Positions 8,260 to 16,875 of a stretch of DNA of 44,057 nucleotides are shown in pieces. Position numbers and translations under genes: made by a program. The stretch is taken from positions 1 through 44,057 of the forward strand of contig SKOK01000019.1 in the NCBI GenBank assembly GCA_007120085.1, in the 5' to 3' direction. The stretch's first letter is position 1, and the number at the start of each line of letters is the position of its first letter. The stretch comes from Bacteroidales bacterium (GTDB lineage Bacteria; Bacteroidota; Bacteroidia; Bacteroidales; UBA7960). The notes under the pieces are model-generated. The model made no database searches. It saw only the letters and a program-made list of their open reading frames with translations, and had not been told where the DNA came from.

Positions 8260-8267
8260 CAAAATTA
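8260..8267 (-). promoter_or_regulatory. Candidate -7 box (TAATTTTG on the minus strand) for pckA, with a -33 TTTG (complement of 8285-8288)
   Basis: Matches TAnnTTTG about 84 nt upstream of the ATG at 8176. A TTTG lies 17 nt further upstream. Confidence 0.4.
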
Positions 8268-8307
8268 AGAAAAAACAAGCAGGCCAAACAAAACAGCAAA
8301 TAATTTT

Positions 8308-11300
8308 TTAGCGCAACCAGGCACTTACTTTTCTCCTTGTTGCCAGGATGATTTGATACATACAGGGTACAATCACCAGTGTCAGGAAGGTTGCTACGGA
8401 AAGCCCAAAGATCACTGTCCACGACATGGGCCCCCAAAAGCGTGCGTTATCACCACCGAAGTATATTTGCGGTTCGAAATCGGTTATCAATGTTACAAAG
8501 TTGATATTGAGTCCGATAGCTAGTGGGAACAGGCCGAGTATGGTTGTGATGGCAGTAAGCACAACGGGCCGGAAACGGGTATTCCCAGCCTGTTCAATTA
8601 TTCCGAGTGAAACATCAGCGGCAAGGAAGTCTTCTTCGGGAGTATTGAGCTCGTCGCGCTTGCGGTTGTGCAGGTAGTCGGTATAGTCAATCAGTACGAT
8701 TGCATTGTTGACCACGACACCGGCAAGGCTCACGATGCCCACTCCCATCATAATGATTATGAAATCCATATTGAAGAGTGCCAATCCAAAAAAGACTCCT
8801 GCAGTGCTGAAAACAACACTGCCTATGATGATAAAGGGTTTGAAAATGGAGTTGAACTGCGTGACCAGGATCAGTGAGATCAGCGATACGGCTATCAGCA
8901 GTGCCCTGATGAGAAAATCCATGGACTCCTGTTGTTCCTGCTGTTCCCCGGTGAAGGCATAGCTGTAACCTGCCGGTAAGTCCATGTCCTGCATCACCTG
9001 CATGATCTGCTGGTTGATCCGGTTGGCATTGTAGCCCGGCAGCACATTTGAGCTAAGGGTTACCACCCTGTTTCTGTCGATACGGTTGATGGCGCCGTAG
9101 GTTTTTCCGAATTCAGCCCGGGCGACGGCGGATACCGGAACTTGCATGATGCGGCCGGAGCTCTGGCTCCTGAAGGTGATGCGCTGGTTCATCAGGGATG
9201 AAAGATTGTGCCTGTATTCTTCTTCCAGACGCAGTTGTATGGGATACTCTTCTTCGCCCACCTTAAAAGTAGATACTTCCAGCCCGAAGAGAGCAGTACG
9301 CAGGGTGTTTGCTATCAAGTAGGTTGAAACTCCAAAGCGTCTTGCTGCTTCCCTGTCTATATGGATCATTACCTCAGGTTTGTCTGTGTCAAGGTCGCTT
9401 TGAAGACCTTCAATGCCTTCAATGCCTGCTTGTGCGATACGATTCTTGATGGTGTCGGCAAGCATCATAAGCCGTTCCAGGTCAGCACCGCTCACCTCCA
9501 GGTTGATCGGCCTCCCGGAGGGCGGGCCTGCCATATTTTTTTCGATGCGAAACTCAATGCCTGGATATTGTCCAACGAGTGCATCACTGATCTTCGACAT
9601 GATGTCGAGGGTGTTGATGCCACCCCTGTTTTCAAATTCAATGAACGTAACCGTGATCAACCCCCTGTGTGGTGTTTCTCCGGCATTGTTTTCCATCTCA
9701 CCAACGGCACCGCGGCCCACAGTGGTCAATACCGACTTGACAATATGGCGATAGGGGGCGATGGTTTCTTCCACCTTGTCTTCAACATTCCTGATGCGCC
9801 GGTCTGTTTCTTCGATGTCGGTACCTACAGGCAGTTCAGCCAGGATGTTAATGAACTGCGGTTCATTTTCAGGGAAAAACAACACGTTGGGGTTTCTGGC
9901 ACCAAAAAACAAGATGGCTGCAACCAGGAAAACGACGGTTCCGCTCACAAAGAAATAAGGGTTTTTGCCGCGCAGGGCAAAAGAAAGTGTTGTGGTGTAC
10001 AGTGATTCCATCAATGGCAGCAGATACTTTCTGAAAACTATTGCCAGCCGGTTAAGGACAAACTGCCCAAGGGCAAAAAGGAATGCGGCAATCAGGAAGA
10101 GATTCCCTGCAACGGTTGAGCCACCCAGGTGAAAAAAAACACCAATGATAAACAGCAAGCCAATGATCAGCAGTTTGCGCTTCCATTTCCCTGACCGCAT
10201 TTCCTGTGGTGCCTTGTCAGCACTTATGCCTTTCCTGAAAAAGGTATAAGAAAACACCGGTACAATGATCAAAGCCACAAAGAGTGAAGAGGTTAAGACA
10301 ATAATCAGGGTTAGTGGCAGGTATTTCATAAATTCACCAGTGATGCCTGTCCAGAAAGCCAAAGGCAAAAATGCTGATAATGTGGTGGCTGTAGAAGTGA
10401 TGATGGGCAGGGCAATCTCACCAATGGCTCTTTTTGCAGCTTCCATGATGGAAAAGCCCCGTTCCATGAAGCGGAATATATTGTCAACCGCCACAATGGC
10501 ATTGTCAACAAGCAGCCCCAGTGCAAGTATCAGGCTAAACAGCACGATCATGTTGATCTGAATGTTAGCGATTCCAAATACCATGAACGAAAGCAGCATG
10601 GATAGCGGGATTGCGATACCAACAAACAGGGCATTCTTTAATCCCAGGAAGAGGTACAGCACAAGGACAACCAGAATAACAGCAATGATGACGCTGTTTT
10701 CCAGGTTTGACAACTGGTTCCGGATCTCTTCCGACTGGTCGTTTGTAATGGTGATGGTTAGCTCGTCCGGCAGCCTGCCATTGTTGCGGGCTTCTTCCAG
10801 CACTCCGAAAATCTTTTCCGTTGCAGATAGCAGGTTGTCGCCGGAGTTTTTGATGACCTGGAGTGAAACCACGGGCTGGTCATTCAGCCGGGCAAAGCTG
10901 GTGGGATCGGCATAGGTGTCTGTTACTTCCGCCACATCGCGCAGGTAAACGATCTGCTGGTCTTCATATTTGATAATGATATCGCTGATCTGGCGGATGT
11001 CGGTAAACTCACCCATGGTGCGCACTGACCACCTGGTATTGTCGCGAAAACGCAGACTGCCACCCGCTATGGAGACGTTTTCGGCACTGATGGCATTGGC
11101 AATGTCGTCAAAACTCAGTTCATACAGGTCGAGCTTGATGGGGTTAACATTGATCTGGATCTCCCTTTCTTCAATACCGGTGATCTCTACCTTGGATATT
11201 TCCGGGATATCTTCCACTTCTTCCTGCAAGAAATCGGCAAAACGTTTGAGCTCGTTGATGCTGAATTCCCCAGATAAGTTTATGTTGATGATGGGGAACT

Positions 11301-11745
11301 CTGAAAAATCGATATCAAACACCATGGGGTCGGTAGGGAGGTCGCCAGGCAGGTCACCTTTAACCCTGTCAACCGCATCTTTGACGTCCTGAAGGGCTTG
11401 CTTGATGTCAATGCCGGTTTCAAATTCAACAAAGATATCAGAGTTGTCCTGTGTGGAAGTGGATCGCAGCTCCCTGATACCGGAGATGGTGTGTATTTCG
11501 TTCTCCAGGGGTCTGGTGACAAGGTTTTCCATATCTGCCGGGGGGTTGCCCGGATATATGGTTTTTACCAATATGGTTGGAATTTCTACTTCCGGAAACA
11601 ATTCTTTTGGCAGGGTGCGATAGGCAAGCGTACCAAAAAGGGCGATCAAAAACGTCAGCAAAAAGACTGTGTTTTTATTTTTTAGCGCAATGCTGGTGGG
11701 CCTGAACTCCCTAACTCCCCTGTTTGAATTTTCAGTTTGATTCAT
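8308..11745 (-). CDS. Efflux RND transporter permease subunit (AcrB/HAE-type), 1145 aa
   Basis: Shows the 12-TM/two-porter-domain layout, a TM4 motif LGLLVDNAIVAVDNI, and duplicated halves. It is the last gene of a TolC-MFP-RND operon. Confidence 0.9.
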   Translation of the reverse strand: MNQTENSNRGVREFRPTSIALKNKNTVFLLTFLIALFGTLAYRTLPKELFPEVEIPTILVKTIYPGNPPADMENLVTRPLENEIHTISGIRELRSTSTQDNSDIFVEFETGIDIKQALQDVKDAVDRVKGDLPGDLPTDPMVFDIDFSEFPIININLSGEFSINELKRFADFLQEEVEDIPEISKVEITGIEEREIQINVNPIKLDLYELSFDDIANAISAENVSIAGGSLRFRDNTRWSVRTMGEFTDIRQISDIIIKYEDQQIVYLRDVAEVTDTYADPTSFARLNDQPVVSLQVIKNSGDNLLSATEKIFGVLEEARNNGRLPDELTITITNDQSEEIRNQLSNLENSVIIAVILVVLVLYLFLGLKNALFVGIAIPLSMLLSFMVFGIANIQINMIVLFSLILALGLLVDNAIVAVDNIFRFMERGFSIMEAAKRAIGEIALPIITSTATTLSAFLPLAFWTGITGEFMKYLPLTLIIVLTSSLFVALIIVPVFSYTFFRKGISADKAPQEMRSGKWKRKLLIIGLLFIIGVFFHLGGSTVAGNLFLIAAFLFALGQFVLNRLAIVFRKYLLPLMESLYTTTLSFALRGKNPYFFVSGTVVFLVAAILFFGARNPNVLFFPENEPQFINILAELPVGTDIEETDRRIRNVEDKVEETIAPYRHIVKSVLTTVGRGAVGEMENNAGETPHRGLITVTFIEFENRGGINTLDIMSKISDALVGQYPGIEFRIEKNMAGPPSGRPINLEVSGADLERLMMLADTIKNRIAQAGIEGIEGLQSDLDTDKPEVMIHIDREAARRFGVSTYLIANTLRTALFGLEVSTFKVGEEEYPIQLRLEEEYRHNLSSLMNQRITFRSQSSGRIMQVPVSAVARAEFGKTYGAINRIDRNRVVTLSSNVLPGYNANRINQQIMQVMQDMDLPAGYSYAFTGEQQEQQESMDFLIRALLIAVSLISLILVTQFNSIFKPFIIIGSVVFSTAGVFFGLALFNMDFIIIMMGVGIVSLAGVVVNNAIVLIDYTDYLHNRKRDELNTPEEDFLAADVSLGIIEQAGNTRFRPVVLTAITTILGLFPLAIGLNINFVTLITDFEPQIYFGGDNARFWGPMSWTVIFGLSVATFLTLVIVPCMYQIILATRRKVSAWLR

Positions 11746-11753
11746 TTTTTTCT

Positions 11754-12917
11754 TTATTCATCTTTATCAATGCGCACCGGATCACCTTCAGAGATTCTGT
11801 GGTGGCCTTGCATGATCAGTTTGTCACCAATTGAAAGACCTTTTTCCACCAGCGTTATCCCTTCTGCGTCGGGTCCTCTTTCAATATATGTTTTGTTTGA
11901 AACGATTTGTCCATTTCTTTCCCTTGCAGTAAAAACAAAATGTCCCTGGGTGTCATATCCGATAAGCATGGTGGGCACAACTATTGCATTGTCCAGGCTG
12001 TAGCTTTGAATGCTGATTCTGGCCATCATGTTGGGTTTAAACCTGTGATCGGGGTTGGGGATTCGAAGCTGCAGCCGGAAAGAGCGGTTTTCTGGGTTTA
12101 TGACGTGTCCGATGCGGTGCACCGGCACTTTCATTTCGATCCCGGGCCATGCAGGGAAGCGCAGGATCACTTCTTCACCTCTGTTGACATAGGGCAGATA
12201 GGCCTCGGAAACATCTGCATTGATGTACAACTCATCAAGGCTGATGATTTCCATTACCGGGTTTCCCGGCATGACGAGCTCTCCTTCCTTAAGAAATATC
12301 TCATCAACAAATCCATCAATGGGTGAGTGCATCACAGCCTGATCAAGCTGCGATTCAAGTGTGCTTAGCCGGTTACGTAAACTTTCGGCATTATTTTTTG
12401 CTTCGAGATATTGCAGTTCACTGCCAATTTCCTGATCCCAAAGCCTTTTTTGACGTTCATACACTGTTTCAGCCAACCTTAAACCAGTTTTCAGCTCCTC
12501 GATGCTGTTTTCAATGACCTGTGTTGACAGCCTCGCAATAACTTGCCCTTTAGTAACCGCTTCACCTTTTTCTACAAAGACCTGCTGGAGATTGCCGGAT
12601 GTTTCCGGACTGATCAGTGCTGCATTTACAGCTTCTACGCTGCCACTGACGTTGAAAAAGTTTTCAAAATGGGTGTATTCCATCTCTTTGATGCTTACGG
12701 GCACCCTGTTACGAACGGCATCCATTTCACCCATTTCAATGAGCTTGCGTTCAAGTCGGTTTACCTGGGTAGTGAGCTCGTTGATCTGGCTTCTGTAGTC
12801 GCTAATTTGCTGCCTTATTTCATCGGCTGAGGTTTCCGGTTGGGTGGCCCTGTTGCATGCAGTGATGGCCAGCAATATCATTAGTGATGCGAACAGAATG
12901 TTTGTTTTTTTCTTCAT
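11754..12917 (-). CDS. Efflux RND transporter periplasmic adaptor (membrane fusion protein, HlyD family)
   Basis: 387 aa with a lipoprotein-type signal (LLAITAC). It has a coiled-coil hairpin (QINELTTQVNRLERK... / LRNRLSTLESQLDQ) followed by beta-barrel segments. It sits 8 nt upstream of the RND gene. Confidence 0.85.
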   Translation of the reverse strand: MKKKTNILFASLMILLAITACNRATQPETSADEIRQQISDYRSQINELTTQVNRLERKLIEMGEMDAVRNRVPVSIKEMEYTHFENFFNVSGSVEAVNAALISPETSGNLQQVFVEKGEAVTKGQVIARLSTQVIENSIEELKTGLRLAETVYERQKRLWDQEIGSELQYLEAKNNAESLRNRLSTLESQLDQAVMHSPIDGFVDEIFLKEGELVMPGNPVMEIISLDELYINADVSEAYLPYVNRGEEVILRFPAWPGIEMKVPVHRIGHVINPENRSFRLQLRIPNPDHRFKPNMMARISIQSYSLDNAIVVPTMLIGYDTQGHFVFTARERNGQIVSNKTYIERGPDAEGITLVEKGLSIGDKLIMQGHHRISEGDPVRIDKDE

Positions 12918-12983
12918 TTGCTCTATTGATGGTTATTGTTTGTAAATTGAAACAAGATGTTTTATTTTGACAGGGATGGTTAA

Positions 12984-14354
12984 TCATCTCCCGAGCGCCT
13001 TTTCGAGCTTATTTTGTGCGTTAAGCAGCTCGAACATTGCATTGAGGTAGTTTGTCTGGCTTGTAAGCAGTTGATCGTTGGCTTGCGTTAACTCGAGGCT
13101 TGAAGCCATGCCTTCTCTGAACATAATGTTTGTTCGCGTAAGAATTCTGCTGGCAAGTTCCAGGTTACTCTTTTCATTGAGGTATTGCTCCTGCGCCGTA
13201 TCCAGAGTGGCCAGGGCTTCCTGCATTTCCAGCTCCAGCACCTTGCTGATCTGCTCCCTGGCAATTCTTGACTTTTCGAGTTCAAGACGCGCTTGCTGGA
13301 CTTGCGATGATCGCATCCCGCTTGAAAAGATTGGGATGTTCAGGTTAACGGCAAAATAGGTGGCGGGGAACCATGATCTGCTGCTGTCAAAAAAGTTAAA
13401 TCCATCACGCATGGCCATCTCTTGCCGGATAAATGATGCAGATAGGCTGGGCAGGTAGGACGATTGTTCACGACGCAGCACCATTAAACTCATTGCCTCA
13501 CGCGAACCGGCAAGGAGATAATCTATATGTTGTGCTTTGTCAAGCTGTTCAGTCACCGCCATTTCCGATAAAGCCTTCTCAAAAAGAGATTCAAAATCAT
13601 CCGTAAGCTCAATATGTGTTTGAAGGTCAAGCCCCATCTGGTATTTTAACAGGTTCATGGTGAGAAGCCTCTGCCGCTCCAGCGAGGATATCCCGTTCCT
13701 GATGTTTGAAACAGCAAGCTGCAGCTGATCAACATTGATGGGATCTGTAACACCGGCTTCAAGCATTCTTTCAGTTTCCCAAAGCCATTTTTCCATAACC
13801 TGCAGGTTCTGCCTGACGATCTGCAAATTCTCAGAGGCCAAAAGCGCCAGATAATAGGTCTCTTTTACCGTTTTCCTCACCTCCAGCATCGATTTCTGAA
13901 GGCTTTGTTCAGCCAAATCCCTGTATATCCTTGCTGCTCGGAGACCTACAATGTACTGTCCGTCAAAGATAAGCTGTTCAAGGGAAGCCGTGGCCGTCAT
14001 ATTATGCTGGGTTCCAAACTGGATTTCCGTAAACTCGCCCGGCTCACCGCCAAAGAATTCTGCAGGTATCAGTGAGGTGGGAATGTCAAGGAAGTAATTA
14101 TATCCTATGGATGCACTGACCTGAGGCAATCCTGCAGCAGTGGTTTCCCATATTTGTCTTTCAGCAATTTGCAGCTCAGCCGAGGCTGTTCGCATCTCAT
14201 AACCATACTCCACAGCCATTTTTTGAGCCTCCTGGAGGCTAAGCTTTACAGGCGAAGTGGCGGCGGCCTGATTTGCGCAAAGCAAAACAAGGGTGAAGAG
14301 CAAAACAGCTTTTCTGACTATCAAAACTCTTCCTGTCGGTTGTGTCATAAACAA
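12984..14354 (-). CDS. TolC-family outer membrane efflux protein
   Basis: 456 aa with a signal peptide and two internally repeated OEP halves carrying long helical segments. It is the first gene of the efflux operon. Confidence 0.85.
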   Translation of the reverse strand: MFMTQPTGRVLIVRKAVLLFTLVLLCANQAAATSPVKLSLQEAQKMAVEYGYEMRTASAELQIAERQIWETTAAGLPQVSASIGYNYFLDIPTSLIPAEFFGGEPGEFTEIQFGTQHNMTATASLEQLIFDGQYIVGLRAARIYRDLAEQSLQKSMLEVRKTVKETYYLALLASENLQIVRQNLQVMEKWLWETERMLEAGVTDPINVDQLQLAVSNIRNGISSLERQRLLTMNLLKYQMGLDLQTHIELTDDFESLFEKALSEMAVTEQLDKAQHIDYLLAGSREAMSLMVLRREQSSYLPSLSASFIRQEMAMRDGFNFFDSSRSWFPATYFAVNLNIPIFSSGMRSSQVQQARLELEKSRIAREQISKVLELEMQEALATLDTAQEQYLNEKSNLELASRILTRTNIMFREGMASSLELTQANDQLLTSQTNYLNAMFELLNAQNKLEKALGR

Positions 14355-14507
14355 TGATTGTGTGCTTAATTAAAAGCAGTAAATATACGATAAAATGAAC
14401 TTGCTAAAGTAACCAATATACATATTGCATTGTTTAATGATACTGTGGAAATATTTAACAGAAAGCGAATAACCCAGGAGGATCAGGAAATATCTTCAAA
14501 TATAGGT

Positions 14508-15170
14508 TTACCTGCTCCCGAAAATGGCACTGCCAATACGCACCATGGTACTGCCCTCTGCTATGCCGAGCTGATAGTCGTCGGACATCCCCATGGATAT
14601 TTCCCTGAAATGTTCAACGTGCTTGAAGTAGCTGTCTTTTAATTGCTGGAAATATTGTTTCAGGTTCTTGAATTCCTGGATGATTTGTTCATTGTCGTCA
14701 GTAAATGTTGCCATGCCCATCACACCCCTGATTTCAACATGATGCATTTTTTGATAACTCTCAGATTCCAGCAGCTGACAACATTCCTCAAAGGACAGGC
14801 CAAACTTGGTGCTTTCTTCGGCAATATGTATTTGCATCAGGCAGGGGATGATGCGATTGTTTTTTTTGGCTTCCTTGTTGATCACTTTTAGCAGTTTTAG
14901 GCTATCAACCGAATGAATAAGGGCTACAAAAGGGGCCACATATTTCACCTTATTTGATTGCAGGTGCCCTATCATGTGCCACTCAATGTCTTTGGGCAAG
15001 GCTTCTTGCTTTGGAAGCATTTCCTGCGCTTTGCTTTCACCAAAAACTCTGTGTCCCGCACGGTATGCGTGCATGATGGCTTCGGGAGGATGGGTTTTAC
15101 TGACAGCCACTAAGGTTATTTTTGCAGGTATTTTGCTTTTAAGGTTTTGAAGGTTTTCTTGTACGTCCAT
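14508..15170 (-). CDS. yggS: YggS-family pyridoxal-phosphate homeostasis protein
   Basis: Contains LVAVSKTHPPEAI (the PLP lysine), ...FGESKAQE, and a C-terminal MVRIGSAIFG. The track ORF begins at TTG 15191; the first ATG is at 15170 (MDVQENL...). Confidence 0.85.
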   Translation of the reverse strand: MDVQENLQNLKSKIPAKITLVAVSKTHPPEAIMHAYRAGHRVFGESKAQEMLPKQEALPKDIEWHMIGHLQSNKVKYVAPFVALIHSVDSLKLLKVINKEAKKNNRIIPCLMQIHIAEESTKFGLSFEECCQLLESESYQKMHHVEIRGVMGMATFTDDNEQIIQEFKNLKQYFQQLKDSYFKHVEHFREISMGMSDDYQLGIAEGSTMVRIGSAIFGSR

Positions 15171-15283
15171 GCTTAATGTTATTTGATACAAATATAATCA
15201 TTCAGATGTGAATGCGACAATTAATGAGTCAGCGAAATCATATTTTTCTGTTCCCGCATTTTTTCAATTATTATCTTTGCAGC

Positions 15284-16813
15284 ATGCAAGAAATGATATT
15301 GGTCCTGGACTTTGGCTCTCAATACACACAGCTGATTGCCCGTCGTGTTCGTGAGCTTAATGTGTATTGTGAGATACATCCTTATTTTTATCAACCTGAA
15401 CACCTCGGTCACATCAAGGGTGTGATACTGTCGGGGAGTCCATTCAGTGTGCGCGACCCTGGTTCGCCCAGGCCTGATTTTAGCTGGTGCCTTGGCAAGT
15501 TGCCTGTGCTTGGTATATGCTTCGGGGCTCAGCTCCTTACTGTGATGCAGGGTGGAGAGGTTGCCGCGTCTTCTACGAGAGAATATGGTCGCGCACGCTT
15601 ATCTTACATCGCAGAAGGTGAAGCTTTGTTTTCTGATATTGAGTTGCAGTCGCAGGTTTGGATGTCGCATGCCGATACCATTACCCGCTTGCCTGATGAC
15701 TTCCGGCTGTTGGCCCGCACCAATGACATTGGCGTAGCGGCATTCAGGGATTCACAAAGCGATACTTTTGGTTTGCAGTTTCATCCTGAGGTTTATCATA
15801 CTTCGCAGGGGAAGCAACTGTTGCAAAACTTTGTTTCAGACATTTGTGGTTGCAGTTGCAACTGGACGCCGGAGTCTTTTATCAACAGTACAGTTGCTGA
15901 TCTGCAACGCAAGCTGGGCACGGATAAGGTGGTGCTGGGCTTGTCCGGGGGTGTTGATTCGAGTGTGGCAGCTTTTCTGTTGCACAGGGCCATTGGCAAG
16001 CAGTTGCATTGCATTTTTGTTGATAATGGACTGTTGCGCAAAGGAGAATTTGAAGCTGTGCTTGAGTCATATAAGGATATGGGGTTGAATGTCAGGGGCG
16101 TGCGGGCTGCCAAACACTTTCTTGATGCGCTTAAGGGTATTGATGATCCGGAACAGAAGCGGAAGGCTATTGGTCGGGTCTTTATTGAAGTGTTTGAACG
16201 GGAGGCACATAATATAGAAGACGTGGAGTGGCTCGCGCAGGGCACTATTTATCCGGATGTGATTGAGTCTGTATCCGTTAAGGGCCCAAGCGTCACGATC
16301 AAGTCGCACCATAATGTGGGCGGCCTGCCCGATATCATGAAACTGAAGGTTGTGGAGCCGCTGAACGCCCTGTTTAAAGATGAGGTGCGCAAGGTAGGCC
16401 GGAGCCTCGATGTCCCGGCTGCTATCCTGGAGCGGCACCCGTTTCCCGGTCCCGGACTGGGCATTCGAATATTGGGTGAAGTGACTGCCGACAAAGTGAG
16501 GGCATTGCAGGAGGTTGACCATTATTTTATAGAAGCACTCAAGGAATATGAGCTTTATAACAATGTCTGGCAGGCGGCAGCCATATTGCTGCCTGTTCAG
16601 TCAGTCGGAGTGATGGGTGATGAACGGACCTATGAAAATGCCGTTGTGCTGCGAGCCGTTGAATCGACCGATGGCATGACGGCCGATTGGGTGCACCTTC
16701 CATACGACTTTTTGGCCAAAGTAAGCAACGACATCATTAATAACGTTAAAGGGGTGAACAGGGTGGTTTATGACATCAGTTCCAAGCCTCCTGCAACCAT
16801 AGAATGGGAATAG
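15284..16813 (+). CDS. guaA: Glutamine-hydrolysing GMP synthase
   Basis: Has a GATase domain ([20 protein letters not shown]), the PP-loop [10 protein letters not shown], and the C-terminal dimerisation motif [11 protein letters not shown] 15284 gives the usual 509 aa; the track ORF start at 15212 is probably too far upstream. Confidence 0.95.
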   Translation: MQEMILVLDFGSQYTQLIARRVRELNVYCEIHPYFYQPEHLGHIKGVILSGSPFSVRDPGSPRPDFSWCLGKLPVLGICFGAQLLTVMQGGEVAASSTREYGRARLSYIAEGEALFSDIELQSQVWMSHADTITRLPDDFRLLARTNDIGVAAFRDSQSDTFGLQFHPEVYHTSQGKQLLQNFVSDICGCSCNWTPESFINSTVADLQRKLGTDKVVLGLSGGVDSSVAAFLLHRAIGKQLHCIFVDNGLLRKGEFEAVLESYKDMGLNVRGVRAAKHFLDALKGIDDPEQKRKAIGRVFIEVFEREAHNIEDVEWLAQGTIYPDVIESVSVKGPSVTIKSHHNVGGLPDIMKLKVVEPLNALFKDEVRKVGRSLDVPAAILERHPFPGPGLGIRILGEVTADKVRALQEVDHYFIEALKEYELYNNVWQAAAILLPVQSVGVMGDERTYENAVVLRAVESTDGMTADWVHLPYDFLAKVSNDIINNVKGVNRVVYDISSKPPATIEWE

Positions 16814-16875
16814 TTATATGTATTTGCAATTTTACAGGACGTTACACGTATATTAAATAAACCATCACCTATACT

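Noticed and set aside
8216-8437. 73-aa ORF spanning the pckA-RND spacer and the RND 3' end
   Set aside because: It overlaps the 3' end of the RND gene in another frame, and its upstream part covers the putative pckA promoter. No supporting features.
9361-10005. 214-aa ORF antisense to the RND permease, with similar long antisense ORFs at 25832-26485, 41412-41990, 18394-18933, 6491-6967 and 1457-1915
   Set aside because: All lie fully inside strongly supported genes on the other strand and show no motifs. They are typical shadow ORFs.
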